A stretch of 63,566 nucleotides of DNA, the filler included, from Folioceros fuciformis (taxonomy: Eukaryota): NCBI GenBank assembly GCA_049999805.1. It is 4 parts of 3 records of this genome, joined end to end, with 100 filler letters (N's around TTAATTAATTAA, not from the genome) between each part and the next. Parts side by side here need not be neighbours in the genome. Positions count along the whole stretch, not along the records: positions 24,101 to 44,289 come from JBNGIO010006337.1; 3 more parts are not named here. One strand, given 5' to 3'. Under the pieces are notes generated by a model. That model worked only from the letters and a program-made list of their open reading frames with translations, was not told where the DNA came from and searched no databases. The position numbers and the translations under genes are program-made. How positions within the stretch are numbered: position 1 is the stretch's first letter; each line of letters opens with the position of its first letter. Positions 24,101-36,807 of the stretch are shown piece after piece.

Positions 24101-25244
24101 TCCTGCAATAATAGCAGGATCCTTTCACTGTACGGCTAGTACTGTCCTTCTTTCTTTCGTCCGTTGACTTGGACTTGTACTCTTCCTTAGGCTTGGACTT
24201 CGCTTTTGCTTTGCCTTTCATGGAGAAGAGAATTGTGTCGTTAGTCTTCGCTTGCTTGGGTGAAATCTCAAACTCCTCCTGCAAAAGCAACCCAACCACC
24301 TCATCCAAGGACGGTGGGTTGTCGCTGATGTCCTGAAAGCCGACACAAAGGGCTTCTAAGTTGATGGTAAGCTACTCAACAGGTGTACGAGGATCCTTTC
24401 GTCAGTTGGTTTGATGTCCATTGCCTTCATTTGGTCCACCAAGGTCTTCGACTTCTGGACATGTCGTTGAATGGTGTTGCCTTTGGCCATCTTGAAGTTC
24501 GCAGGTTCTAGCTCCAACAGCATCGCACTCACCCTACTTCTCTTTTTGTATGTGTTGCAGAGGGTGATCCAAGCTTCTCTCGACGTTGCACACTCGCTCA
24601 ACTGAGAGAGAATGTCGTCTAAGACATTCAACAGGATTTTTGCCAACGCTCATCCATCCTTGTCAAGGTCTATTTCTGTGGGTATATCATCAAGGGCCTT
24701 ATCGATGAATTTCCACACTCCTTTCTCAATGAGAAGCATCTTCATCTTCAACTTCCACAATGTGAAGTTCTTGCCTTCGAACTTCTCCACCACATGAGTT
24801 TCGAGAAAACGTGTCTCCATGCTCGTGTCCTTCGCGGCCAAACAAGATCACGTCCTTGCACCGATAACTATCACCAAGCTCCTCTAACTTGCACAAGCTC
24901 TTACAGACACATAATCTGCGTAGCCCAGTACACAATGCAAAGGAAGCAGAGATAGTCCTACACAAGTCAGTGCCAAGTACTCTACGCATCTGCTGAGTTA
25001 AGGGACTTGGGATTTAGAACATGAGCCCTGATACCATGTTAGAAAAATGATGAATCCCAAGATAAGCCTCAACTCAATACAACTAGATTGATAGTCCTTG
25101 CGTACATATTTAGCCTTCAAGTATGACTATAACTCGATAAAGGGTAAACATTACCTCGATCGTGGTTCTATTGTATATACCTTGGGGTATAATCTCTAGA
25201 CTTTAATGTAGATATGTCGCACAAAACCCCATAGGTTTCTAACA
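24101..25244 (-). mobile_element. Ty1/Copia retrotransposon 5' end (LTR, PBS, decayed gag)
   Basis: 208-bp LTR 25244-25037 with TGTTAGAAA...TTTCTAACA ends; tRNA-iMet PBS TGGTATCAGGGCTC (25036-25023); gag VEKFEGKNFTLWKLKMKMLL, UBN2-type LLSSLP and zinc-knuckle start CYYC, with frameshifts and stops. Confidence 0.92.
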
Positions 25245-25377
25245 CCAATTGCCATGCCCTGCCTTCCAACTATACCTTCCTCGAAGAATCCCGCTAGAAG
25301 CAGGCAAAAGCAGAAGCACGCAATATCCTCCTCCAAAAGCACGCAATATCCTCCTCCAGACTGCACTTGCCCACCAT
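25245..25377 (-). pseudogene. Disrupted secreted-peptide precursor, paralogue 1
   Basis: Removing a 23-bp tandem duplication (25314-25358) restores MVGKCSLEEDIACFCFCLLLAGFFEEGIVGRQGMAI, homologous to the N-terminus at 34194. Cut by the Copia LTR at 25244. Shares the upstream CATCCYAGTTTYGGAG motif. Confidence 0.7.
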
Positions 25378-26329
25378 GGAGTTGCGACCACTCCAAAACT
25401 AGGATGTTTCGCAAGCTTGTTAAAATTAGAAAACAGCCACTTCCTTCTCCCTGGCGAGTGTCCCGAAATATGATATGAGGCCCTGGGTGCTTGCACCTAC
25501 CATGCCAATTCGATTGTTGTTAGTGTGTGTTCAAGGCTAATGGGATCCGACTGTGGACGCTTGCTGCTTGGAACTACTGTGGACTTTTTGGCCACAAGAA
25601 TGATGAGGCTTGGCAGTCATTGACTCATGATATCAAAGGAAATGAGGAGTCAACCTCAGGCAGCGTCTAGTGCTCATGCTCCAGCGAAGGAATCGAAGGC
25701 CACGTCCCATGCACGGGTTTTGGCCCTTCATATCAACAGTCAACAACATTCCTAGACTTCAACAAAAGCCCGATACATGTGGACGGCGCAAGTTGCACCC
25801 CATTGTACCGAATTGAATTCTCCATGCCAATTGATCACGCCGCCGCAGGCAGAGAACCCATTCCGGCCTAAACGCTGTCCTTCCTGGTATCAAAAAGGAC
25901 GGGTAACTTAGTGTCGTCTCTTCAACGTCAACAAGTGGTATCCTTACGTGATAAACGTCCCGTTGAAATTGCCCGCTTAACATTAAGAAATTGATTTTGA
26001 TACGACAGTTCTTTCCACCAAGCCGCACTTCATGGACATCAATTGAAATGCTATTGTTGTGGTGGGCTTGAAGTATCGCAGCCTGCATGTGTCAGAGTAA
26101 AAGAGAGCCTGCGACATGGAGAACGCGGTTTCGTCCCGTGGATGAACCTACCACACCCGAGAACCCCGTTTTGTAGCTATGTTAAGACATGTGGGCAGAG
26201 CTGTCGACTTTTTGTCATTTTGTGGATGCAGCCCCCAATGGGATTCATGGACGCAGTAGGCCGAAGGCCTAAGGCAGCAGTTAGCTGTTTTAGAATTTAT
26301 ACAACACATCTACCTTAGGACTTATTAAG

Positions 26330-29300
26330 ATGCCTTAAACAATTAGGGATAGGGTTCATTGAAGGCTATCTATATGAAGAAGAAGAATATTATCTAAGTC
26401 CACTAAGGATGGATTTTTGTCATGGGACTGAATTGTCAAACATTGAAAAGAAAAGAAACACTTAACAGCTATTCTGAGCGTAATGCATGATCCGTGAGGT
26501 TGAACTGTTGCATATGTCATGCTCTCATCTCCCACATTTGTTTCAAACAAACTCCTGGCAATAATAGGATCCAAAAAACAAAAGAATCCCCTACGTGAAA
26601 ATTTCGCCGCCACAAATAAACATGCAAAATTCTGTCGAATATCCTTATATATGGGACAAAGAACACAAAGGGTTCTTCCGTCTCAACATCCCTGTTGCAA
26701 AATCTGCAAATTCGAGACTTCTTTGGGGGCTTTGGGCGAAGCCATCTATCCGTCTCAACCCTGAGACGATGAGAGCCAACCCGAAAATGACCCATGATCA
26801 TCATGAGGTTAAAAGACACATGGTGCGAAGATAAACAGGAAGGCATGGTTTCCCGGACTTGGAGAGGACACAAAAACATTGTTTGTACGTTTCGAGCGTA
26901 GTAGGTAAAGGGGACAAAGGCAACCAAGTGTATGACAGATAGGTAGTTCGTAGCTCATGGCGAATGGACTTATTGGGGGGGGGTGGAGGGAAGAGGGGGT
27001 GGGCTGGGAGACTCTTGGGACAAAAACCAAGTTTTTGGAGCCAAGAGCAGGATTGAGCATACCAACAAGTTTGGTATCCTGAGAGAGCTAGTTTTCGGGA
27101 GGACTGAAAGGCAAGGAGAAGGTACGAGGGAGAAGAGGTGGGGTTCTCAAACTGGGCATCCTCTAAAGAATAGAGGAGGTATAGGAAGTTGGTTAGGCGG
27201 AACAAACCCTCAAGTTCAAGCGGGAAGGTAGCAAACTTAGCAAGAAGGATGGCCAAGGGGATAGACCTCTTACATGCAATGTGGGGCCGAAGAAAGGATG
27301 TCTGGACTTCCTCCACTTTTGACCAATCATTGAGTGAGAGATAGGGTCCCCAAAACTCCGCTGCATACATTGTTGAAGGAACCACAACTGTGTTAAATAA
27401 CCATTGTTGGGTGGGGATGTCCTTAATGTACATCTGAGAGCATTGTCTCCGCACCCCACATGCCAATGCCACACCCTTCAGAATACGAGCTGAGGTAGAG
27501 AGCTTCCATTGGAGTGTTGGACCATACATAGCGCCACCCAAGTAGACATAAGATCGCACAACCTCCACTAGCTGGCCATTATAGAAGAACTTGAGATTGT
27601 GGTTGATTGGATCCCGCTGATTGAAGAACATTGGTCTTCTTGAGGTTCACTTCCAAATCTCTAGCCTCACAAAAGCATGACAATACCTCTAGTTGCTTTT
27701 GGAGGCCCTCTTGGGAATGAGACAAGAGGGCAATGTCATTTGCATATAGGACAATAGCAATGTATACCAAGGAGAGTAGGCAACCTAGATCCCTAGACTC
27801 TGCAATCCAAGACTCTAATTCATCAATGTAGAGCCCAAATAAGTTAGGAGAAGATGGATCCCCCTGTTGCACTCCCATATTACATAGGAAGTCCAAAAGA
27901 TGAAAGGCAGCATAAGGAGTACAGATTTTGGCCTTAACCTTCTCATATAGAATCCCAATAGCATGTAAAAGATGAGCATGCATCCTCAAGCTCTCGAGGC
28001 GGGCAAAGAGCTTCTCCCAAGAGATAGAGTCAAAGGCGCGCTTGAAGTCAACAAAGCACACATAAACATGTCTATTAACCTTTCGTCTGCTCTTGGCCTC
28101 CTGAATAATAGCAATGAGAGTAAATAGATGGTCCTGTGTATTCCGCTGCGGACGAAAGCCAGCCTAGGCCCTTGCTCTGATGCCAGCATTCTTGGCCCAA
28201 GACGTGGTGAGGATTTCCAAGCACAAGCTAAAAATCTTGGCAAAAATGGACTCCACCATAATATACCGATAGTTGTGGGTCACCTGCCTTGAAGATAGAG
28301 TGGATGTCATTCCAACACCATGCTTTGGGGAATCCATGTACCAGCGCCTCATTAAATAGGGCAGCTAAGGGAGGGACAATAATATTAGGGGATGCATACG
28401 TAAGGAGTTCCCTTGGGATATCTGCAGGGTTAGAGGCTCTCCCAGATCTAAGATTATTGATGGCAGCTAAGACGAGGTCAGGAGTGAAAAGCTTGACCCA
28501 AGGGTCTTGAATCCTAAAAGGAAGGGGAGCAAACTCTCGCAAGAAGAGGGCTTGTACATGATTGATGAGCTTAGGGGACCCTTGTAGTTGGATGGTTTGA
28601 TGAGACTGGAACTGTTTTCAAAAAGTAGCACCCCCAAGAGATTCCTTGAGGAGCTTCAAGAGGCGATCGCGTTGGGAGGAAAAGAAGGCAGACTTTTTGA
28701 TAGCAATAAGGGCTTTATAAGGTTTGACAATTTCCTTGTAGAGTGGGGAGTCGTGGGACTTGGATGGGAAATTGAGGGATCGGAAGTATTTGTGAGTGTG
28801 AAAGCGAAGGCGCTTGCACTCATCATCAAACCAGGGGTGTCGAGGAGCAGCGTTAGATAGCTTGACAGCATGTTAAGGCTTTGGGGGGAAGATCTGGTTT
28901 GTAGCATGGAGCATGGCAGAAGTGAAAGCATTGGCTTGTTGGGGGAACAGAAGGCTAGGAGGGATGGTGGTAATTGACTTTTTCAAAAAGGAGGAGTATT
29001 GGGGAGCTAGGCCATGGTGAAGAGAAGAACGAATTCTAGAAGACTTATGGGATTGAAGCATAGGGTCAAGTTTATCAAAAAGGATATGCCAAGAAAGGAA
29101 GGCATGATTAGACTCAAAAGGCTGGACGTCAGAAATAAAGAATTGACGAACAGAAGAAACAAAGGAGGGTTGCCTAATGACATAGTCAAGGACAGCAGGA
29201 AGTTGACCTGAAGGTGCACAGTGCATAATTCTCTCACTCCCGTGCCTTTGAGGAAGGCCATTGTAGATGAGTAGGCCATGTGACTCCACAAGGTTGAGAA

Positions 29301-30260
29301 GCGCCCTGCCAACGATATTGATTTGGTGTGGATCCTCTGTCCTTCTTTGGAAGCCAAGATCAACTAGATCAAGTGGGAATGTTTGTTATTGATCATTTGG
29401 TGCATAAATAGGGGACTGCTCAGATGAAGTCCACGCATTGAAATCTCCAACCAAAAAGATATCACCTAAAGGCATAAAATGAATCAAGTCATCAGAGAGG
29501 TATTGAAATGTCATAAGAAGCTGGCCTCTAATATAAGGAGAACCTTGAGGTGGAAAATAACAGCAAGCAATGAATAGATGACGGTTAGAAGGAAGAATCG
29601 TTGCAAAAACCTTGATCCACAAAACTCTCGCAAAGGAGTCTTTCTTTGCCACAGTCACAAAACCTGCAGCTTTAGGCCTGTTGGATGAAACATATTCCCT
29701 AAATAAAGAAGAAGAAAGGAAATTGGGAAAAGTGGGAAGGTGTCTAGCCTAGTGCTCATGAGTCTCCATGAGGAAGATCAAGTTGTGGCCCGCTGTAAGG
29801 TGGAGCATCACACTTGGTTGTGCCCATAAAGATCCGTTACAGTTCCAGGATGCCATCCGCAGGATACACCTAGATTGGGCCTTGCGGGCTGCAAGTTCTC
29901 ATAGGGGCTTAGGTCCTTCTTGAACTTGATCATCCACCTTAATGATCAAGCAATCCCCATGAAGGACAAGCCTCCCTGAAGGTAGGCATTTGAGCTTGCT
30001 TGGTCTTCACTTGCAACTTGGTTAAATCATCAATAATAATAATAATATTTTGGCCCCGAAAGTTAGTACGAGCTTTTAACACCTGAAGCCTATCTTGAGC
30101 AGAGTGAAAACGAATTAGAAAAACCAAGCGGCGGTCTGGATCCTTCCCAACCAACCAAGCATTTTGAAAAGAAACCCCAGGGACATGAAGCTTTGTGGCA
30201 AGGAAGTCAGATACAACCTGTCGTAGATTTCATGAACCTTGCAAACCTATTATCTAAAGG
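26330..30260 (-). mobile_element. Decayed LINE (non-LTR retrotransposon): ORF1 end, APE endonuclease, RT, C-terminal Cys motif
   Basis: Fragments IASWNCNG, LVGDFNA, CFVDFKRAFDSI, GVQQGDPSSPNLF, LYANDIAL, RVGSHRLRVET...CRFC; many stops and frameshifts; ends approximate. Confidence 0.92.
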
Positions 30261-31323
30261 AGCGCCTCAAGTTGCATTGACTCTATCAAAAGGTTACTTT
30301 ATGGATGCGTACCCTACCCTATAGTTGGCTACAGTATGGACGCGTAGACTACCTTACAGTTGCAATGAGAACGGCACTTGGGATTTTGCCGGTGCCCCCG
30401 TTTAGGATTTTCTTGGTGCGAGGTGTGCGTCCGTCAATGTGTGGCATACGAAGCGTGGTGTGGCAGACGAAGCGTGGTCTGTTGAATGTGAGCCCTTTGG
30501 GGATTATGATAAGCTGCAGGTTCTGAAACGAGCCGCTTGGCTATGAAGAGGAATAATGCTCCGCCTGCAGGGCCGTAACAGAATTGAATGCTTCACATCA
30601 GCAATGTGGAGTTCGTCTTTTGGAGTTTTGATCAGCTGAGTGCCGAACCGTTGCAGGAGGCCAGTGCTGTTCAAGCTTCACACGTCCCCGACCTGAATGA
30701 CATGTAAAGCAGGTAATGAGGATTCCGTCTTGTGCGATAATGCACGTCTCTGGGTTGCGATGTAAGTGTGACAGCCTTTGGAATCCGGACGGCGTCTTGG
30801 TACACACATTGGAAGATATTTCAGGGTCTGACGATTCTGGTTCACATCAGAACACTGACCTGATCAGGTGCACAATGTCTGCATCTTTGGCCTACTCTCC
30901 TACTCCCAATCCAATTCAATCTATTCGTGATCTCACGCCGAACACCTACTACTTCGTTGCTGACAAAGAATGTGTCACCTACAAAAGAATGGCATTGCAT
31001 GCATATGCAGTGTAGGCCGTGTCGATTTATTCGGAATCATGAGAAGATGCGACTAAGGGTAAAGCTGCGCATGTCCCAGCAATGTCATGGTCGTATTGCA
31101 GCAACAGACGCGTGGGAGCTTGGGAGCTGATCGTTAGTCTGGCCAGCGCTGCCGACCTGCACACTCCATTCGCGACGTCGTGGACGCAGTGGGTGCCTGC
31201 ATATGACAATTAATTGGACGCTGACATGCCACAGGCATGCATGTCCGCATCTGCAGTTGGCAAATGCAGTGTACAACGTTGGAGAAATGGGATGCTCAGG
31301 CATCCGATGGCTGCAGATGATCA

Positions 31324-31656
31324 TCAGGTCAGGGACCTTGGCAAGTCCAGGGCACGGTAGCTTGGCGGCAAGGACTCGGGATGGTGGGTGGAGGCGGTGA
31401 CGGAGTTCGAGGCTTCTCGAAGTAGCGGGCAGGCTGCTTCCCGTACGAGTCCGTCTACGAGCAGCGCCCTGATGTTGCTCCACCGAATGGCGTGAGGTGC
31501 ATCGGGTATGACATCAGGCCCTTTCCACTTCGTCAAGGACACACTGGCGTTCCTCCCTGGACCTGCCGTGCCTCTCCCGGCGATCCCCTGCTGCCAAAAC
31601 CCCGCCAGCAGCAGGCAGAGCAGAAGCGCGCATGCTTTCCTGCTCTTGCTCGTCAT
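31324..31656 (-). pseudogene. Secreted-peptide precursor, paralogue 2 (frameshifted near 31440)
   Basis: Signal MTSKSRKACALLLCLLLAGFWQQGIAGR. The alternative frame gives KQPARYFEKPRTPSPPPPTIPSPCRQATVPWTCQGP* (stop 31331-31329), matching paralogue 3. Could be an assembly indel. Confidence 0.7.
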
Positions 31657-31937
31657 CGTCTTCGAAGTGTACAAACGACAATCTGCACCACTCCGAAACT
31701 AGGATGGTTTGCAAGCCGGTGAAACTGTCCCGTTGAGCTGGTACACTGCCACTTCTTCCCAGCGTCCCGAGGGAGAAGCACTAAGGCTGTTGGCAGTTGC
31801 GTTGTCGATCCGAATGTTGTGTGTGTGGAAGTGGTATTGGATCCCGGCGGACGCTTGCAAGCTTGCTTTCTTACCATGTGGAACAATGCACAGCTGTTGG
31901 TGATGAGACTGGGCCGGGGGATCCGAATTACTCATTT

Positions 31938-32509
31938 TGTAGGAACCCGAGGGGCCAGTCTCAGCAGCGTCTAATGGTCGCCTTGAACTAGGCGAGTCAA
32001 CCTGCGTATGACGAAGGCCGGTCAGGTCCGGTCAAGAGGTCCTTGCCCTCGACGCGGTTGGGTCAGGTCGACAACCTGTTTCAATCCGCCAACTTCTCCT
32101 TACAAACAGAAGGGTTTAGAAGGCCTTCAGGACCATCTGCCCCTCGGCGAAAATTCGTATCTGGACTTAATTCTCCTCTGGCCAGGAAAGCAAAGTGACC
32201 TGGGCCTGCTGACCCTGGGGTGCAGTAAGAGACTTCAGTTTAGGAACAGGTGGGACAAACCATATGCAAGTGACAAGGGGGACTAAACCCCTTCCCTCGA
32301 TGTGCCACAAAGAGACCAACTGTCACGACTTCCTCGAGGTCCGACCTAGAGGAGAGCCTTGTACAATTCGTCCTCCACGACAACCAACCCCGTCGACATG
32401 TCACGGACCCAGCCCACTTGTACTACTATATTTATTATACGTGTCGTGCCGCCAGGGGTTACATACGACTCTCGTCCTTCACACACGCGAATGCTGTACG
32501 AACTTACCA
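31938..32509 (-). mobile_element. Probable solo LTR related to the 19773-19959 LTR
   Basis: Minus strand begins TGGTAAGTTCG...GCGTGTGTG (cf. TGGTAAGGTCCG...ACGTGTGTG) and ends TTCCTACA. No clean target-site duplication seen. Confidence 0.45.
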
Positions 32510-33744
32510 TGAACTGTCTCTGTAGTGATTAGGATAATTTTCAGTGTCTAATATTGTTGACGTGTATGATGATGCAATCAGTGTCACTGTTTTACAACTG
32601 CACCTCAGGCTGGATGAAGTGCTAATAGGAAACCAAATTAAAAGTAAGGACGGCATTGGTTTCGCATAGCACCACTTGTCATGGCAGTGCTCATTCCGGG
32701 CTCATTCGTCCTCCGACAGGCACCTTGCGGGAATTGACGCCCGATCCTTCGAACGTTGCACCAGTCCTGCTTCCATGGAGACTCAAACGTATGCATGGTC
32801 GCTGGGGAGTTTCCCCACACCAGTCGGCGTATTCAGAGCAGGTACTGTGCTGAGTGACCAATACACCGTGGGCATTTTTGGAAGGAGATTAGCAGCTACA
32901 AGTTGAAAGGGAATTAGAACCGGCGCCTAGCCTGCAGGGGCGTATCACAGCTGAATGCTGAAAAGATCATGCAAAATTAGGCCAGCCCTGTAGAGCAGCC
33001 GAGGGGAATTCGAAGCCGGTGAACCCCCAAATTGCAAGGAGGCTGTTGAAGCGCTCACGCCATCTAGCCAACTGTCAGTCTGCTGTCGGAATGGCGACAG
33101 GTGATAACCGTGGTGTGGATTTTATATCCCTGGGATGGGATGACATTGTGTGATCGGAGGGATTGTTGCACACTGAAAATGTTACAGGAAGGCAATAGTA
33201 TGCACATGGATTGGAAATATATTATCTGGACGCGCGGCGTTGGTGGTGTACACTGAAAGATTTTCGCCGCTCGGTTTGGAGATGGTGCTACAGGTTCATA
33301 ACATGAGGACCATTGTGCCCTGGTAGCAAGCTAAGTGCACAATGTGTGGACTCGGCAAAGAATGATCCTACTCTTACGCTGACCGTGACAATGTGTCACC
33401 TACAAAAGAATGCATGCATGCATGGGTGCAACTGGGTACTGAACTCAACAATCTTGGGCGGTAGCGCTAGCACTTGCAGCCGGGTTGTCCACACAAGAGC
33501 TCGCAATTGTTGCAATGCCCAAGATTGATGCGCCATGCATGTATGTGAGGCAGGTCGGAGACGACGATTCAAAGATGGACGGACGCTGTTGCTGCAACGA
33601 TATTGCATATATGGCCGCACTGCAGGAGACGAGTGGGAGATCCTAATCGGGAGCTGACCACACCACTGTTCCCCATTGCTGCGTCAAGCTACCCTGACGC
33701 TCATCACCTGCATGCAGCGGCACACGGATCATGGATGCAAATGA

Positions 33745-34194
33745 TCAGCAAGTCCCGGGAGTGGTAGTCGGGATGCAGGTAGCCGGGCGGCTGGGAGGAG
33801 GTGGCGGCGGAGTGACAGTCTTCTTTGAGTATCGGGCAGGCTGCGTGGCTGCTCCCCCGTTGCGTCCGTGGACGTTCACCACCAGCTGCGCGACGTTGGT
33901 CCAGGGCATGGAAGGGGGCACCTCGGGTCGTTTCCACGTCCTTACGGAAATCAGATTAGACACGTCTGGGACGACCGAGTCGGGGCCCCTGGTCGGCGTC
34001 CGTGGTTGAGCGGCATGACGTGGGTCCCCGACCGGAGCCACGACCGAGGGCTGGGGCTGCGGATCCTTCGCTGTAGCAGCCAGCATATGCATGCCCCGCC
34101 TTGCAGCCATCCCCTGGTCGCAGAAGGCCGCCAGGAGCAGGCAGAGCAGAAGTGTACGGACGCAATTATTTCGTCCACTGCACTTGCCCGCCAT
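33745..34194 (-). CDS. Secreted-peptide precursor, paralogue 3 (intact, 149 aa), Pro-rich two-Cys C-terminal peptide
   Basis: Signal MAGKCSGRNNCVRTLLLCLLLAAFCDQGMAAR; C-terminus QPARYSKKTVTPPPPPPSRPATCIPTTTPGTC*; supported by homology with the two neighbouring copies. Confidence 0.78.
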   Translation of the reverse strand: MAGKCSGRNNCVRTLLLCLLLAAFCDQGMAARRGMHMLAATAKDPQPQPSVVAPVGDPRHAAQPRTPTRGPDSVVPDVSNLISVRTWKRPEVPPSMPWTNVAQLVVNVHGRNGGAATQPARYSKKTVTPPPPPPSRPATCIPTTTPGTC

Positions 34195-36807
34195 GGTTTC
34201 AGATTCGTAAATCCCGGAATTCCGCCGACTCCGAAACTGGGATGTTGATCTGCAATTAAGCACGGTTGCAGAAGAAAAGGACAGGAAGGCTACAGCAATT
34301 CCTGCTAGCCTCCTTGGTTAGGACCTACCGAGTCCTCGAGATATCCCACCAGTCCAATGCAGCGCGGTGGCAGCTACGGTGTGAAATCGGTTGCAGGTTG
34401 TGTGTTGCGTGCAGGTCGTGCACGTCGAATTCCAACCCGAATTCCGGATACCACTACTCCCCGACTCCCGCTCCGTTGCTGGCTGTGTGGCAGGCTGCTT
34501 GGACGCTGCTTTGCAGTAGTGTGCACGCAGGCGGTTGAGAATGGAGGAATGCCCCTGGCATGCCCCGTTATAAAGGCCAGCACAAAGTCAGATCCAAGAG
34601 CGTCTTAGCCCAGCGAACATGACGAGTGAGGTAGACGAAGTGCGCGGTCCCGGGCAGGTCGTAGTCCGGTCCGGTCAGGAGGCTCCCCCGTTGCCTGGCA
34701 TCCGCGTCAGAGTCCAGTCCGTAGACAAACTACGGCCACCCAGTGGTTTAAGTAGAGTACTCCCTAAGCTACGCCATGGCATGCCATGGTCCCCGCGACT
34801 TCCTTGCTACTCACGTCCATTATCTTAGTATGGTTGCATGATGCATGCTGGTACATGGTGGGCAGGTAATATGTCAAAATGAGCTCCGCAGACTGCATAT
34901 GGCATCGGTGTGCGACGTCCTTAGGCCCAGGACTTGAGCGCGGAGCAGACAGGACACTGGACGACAGCAGCACCTGCGGGCGACTTGGACGTGCCACGCT
35001 GATTCCCCGTTCGGACACCCGAGGTGGTCCGGTCCAGCTCCCTCTCGGGTTCCGCCTCCGGCTCCCTCTCCAGCTCCAGCTCGGGCTGACTCGTCGCAAT
35101 GCCCGCAGAAGCGACGCGGAAGGAACCCTAAGGAAGCTCACACCGGGATTCTGCTCTTCCCGTGTTCAACAGGTCAAAGGCCTGCGGCAGCCCCTAGTCC
35201 CAGAGTCCCATCCCAGCCCGGCCTATGCCTTGCTTGGCACCGTATGCAGTCCGTGTGTGTATGTTTGTCCGTGTACATATAGTATCGAGTGCGGTGACGT
35301 TGTCTCTAAGTATATGTACAAATGGACCGTGGTTTGTTGGTTCGAGGCAGGGCGGGAGGAATCTGGTGGGAAAATGGGGAAAGCGAGTGCGAGGGTCAAC
35401 TGGCGGTTTCACGTTCACCAGGCCCCGGCTGGAGTGTGGGGGGCCGGTGGCAGGCCTGGCCAAGCATGGCCAGGCCAGGCCAGGGCCCCTGCCCCCATGG
35501 CCCCCCTGGTCATGAGCAAGCAAGCGGTGTGACCGGGCCGTGGAGTGGCGTTGACTGGGCGAAAGGCGATTTGTAAAATGCCAATTGCGAATCGCCAATG
35601 ATGACTTATGCTGCATGCGGAGGAGGGGCAGCCAGCCATGGCCCACGAGGCAGCAACATCATCATCGTCATCATCATCATCGGCATGCACGGTGCACAGT
35701 GGCCAGGAGTCTATAGAACAGAGGCCAAAGGAAGAAGCAACATCGCCCCGTGGCCCACACACATCAATCATCATGCACCATGGCATGCCTGCCTGTTGAA
35801 TATCGTTATGGCCGTCGACATATGTGGGACATGTACTGTATCCAGTGTATGTCTTGCATTGTATTGTATTGTATTATAGTTAGAATATGTGTAAGGATGA
35901 GGGAGGGGAGGGGCCCGCCGCCTGGACAGAACTGGGCCCAGGTCGCCAGGCCTGGAGCGCGCGCCATGGGCGGGGCACAATGGCATGGCTTGCGGGACCG
36001 GGCCCAGACGAGGACGGGGATGCGTGTTGCTGGGGAGTCGAGACGAGACAAAAACGAGACGAGTTGAGTCGAGACGCCACTATACGAGACGAGGCCACGA
36101 GAAGAGAAGAAAAAAGAAGAGAAACCAGGCAAGGCAAGCCAAGCCAAGCCAAGCCAAGCCCAGGGAAAGGAAGGAGCGGCAGGCGGCACGGGAGCGGAGG
36201 GCAGCGCAACGGAGTGGAACGGAAGCATCGACCTGCTTCCACCACTTCTTCCAAATTTATAAACAAGTTGATGAAGGTGGAGCGTGATGAAGAGAGGGCG
36301 CGATCGCGCATTAAGTCAGCCCCAGCCTCAGCCACGTTTGAGCACGTTGCCGCCCGATGCTTGCTGCCACAGGTAGCGATGTCAGCAGCCGCACTGAGGC
36401 TCGCCTGCGCTCTCTCCAAATCTCCGCCGCTCCCACCACCTCTGAGTTCTGCACCAACAAGCCCCTCACCTGTAGAGCAACGTCTCTGTGAGCTGCCTCC
36501 CCTGTACCCCACGCACCCTCGCCTCCTCGCTGCTCTGCCCTCTTAGTACCACTCACATTGTGCTGTGCTGTGCTGTGTCTCCCTCTGCCCCCGCATCCCC
36601 GCATCGCTGTCACTGTCTCTCCAGGAGCCTTTGTCTCTGTCTCTGCTGATGTGCGTGTGAGTGAGTGTGGGTGTGCGAGTGTGTGTGTTTTGTAAGCGCG
36701 GCGATCTTGCCTTGCTGGGTGTGGCCCTGATGCTGTGCACTGTCTAAGCCACACTGTCCTCCCCGCTTGCACCAGCTGCACTACTAGTGTGTCAGGTCTC
36801 AAGTGTG

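Noticed and set aside
25759-26088. 109-aa minus-strand ORF next to the LINE 3' end
   Set aside because: No recognisable motif, signal peptide or splice support.
34879-36546. ORFs of about 210-220 aa on both strands between the peptide genes
   Set aside because: GC-rich intergenic DNA with microsatellites ((CCAAG)n, (TCA)n); no domain or coherent composition.
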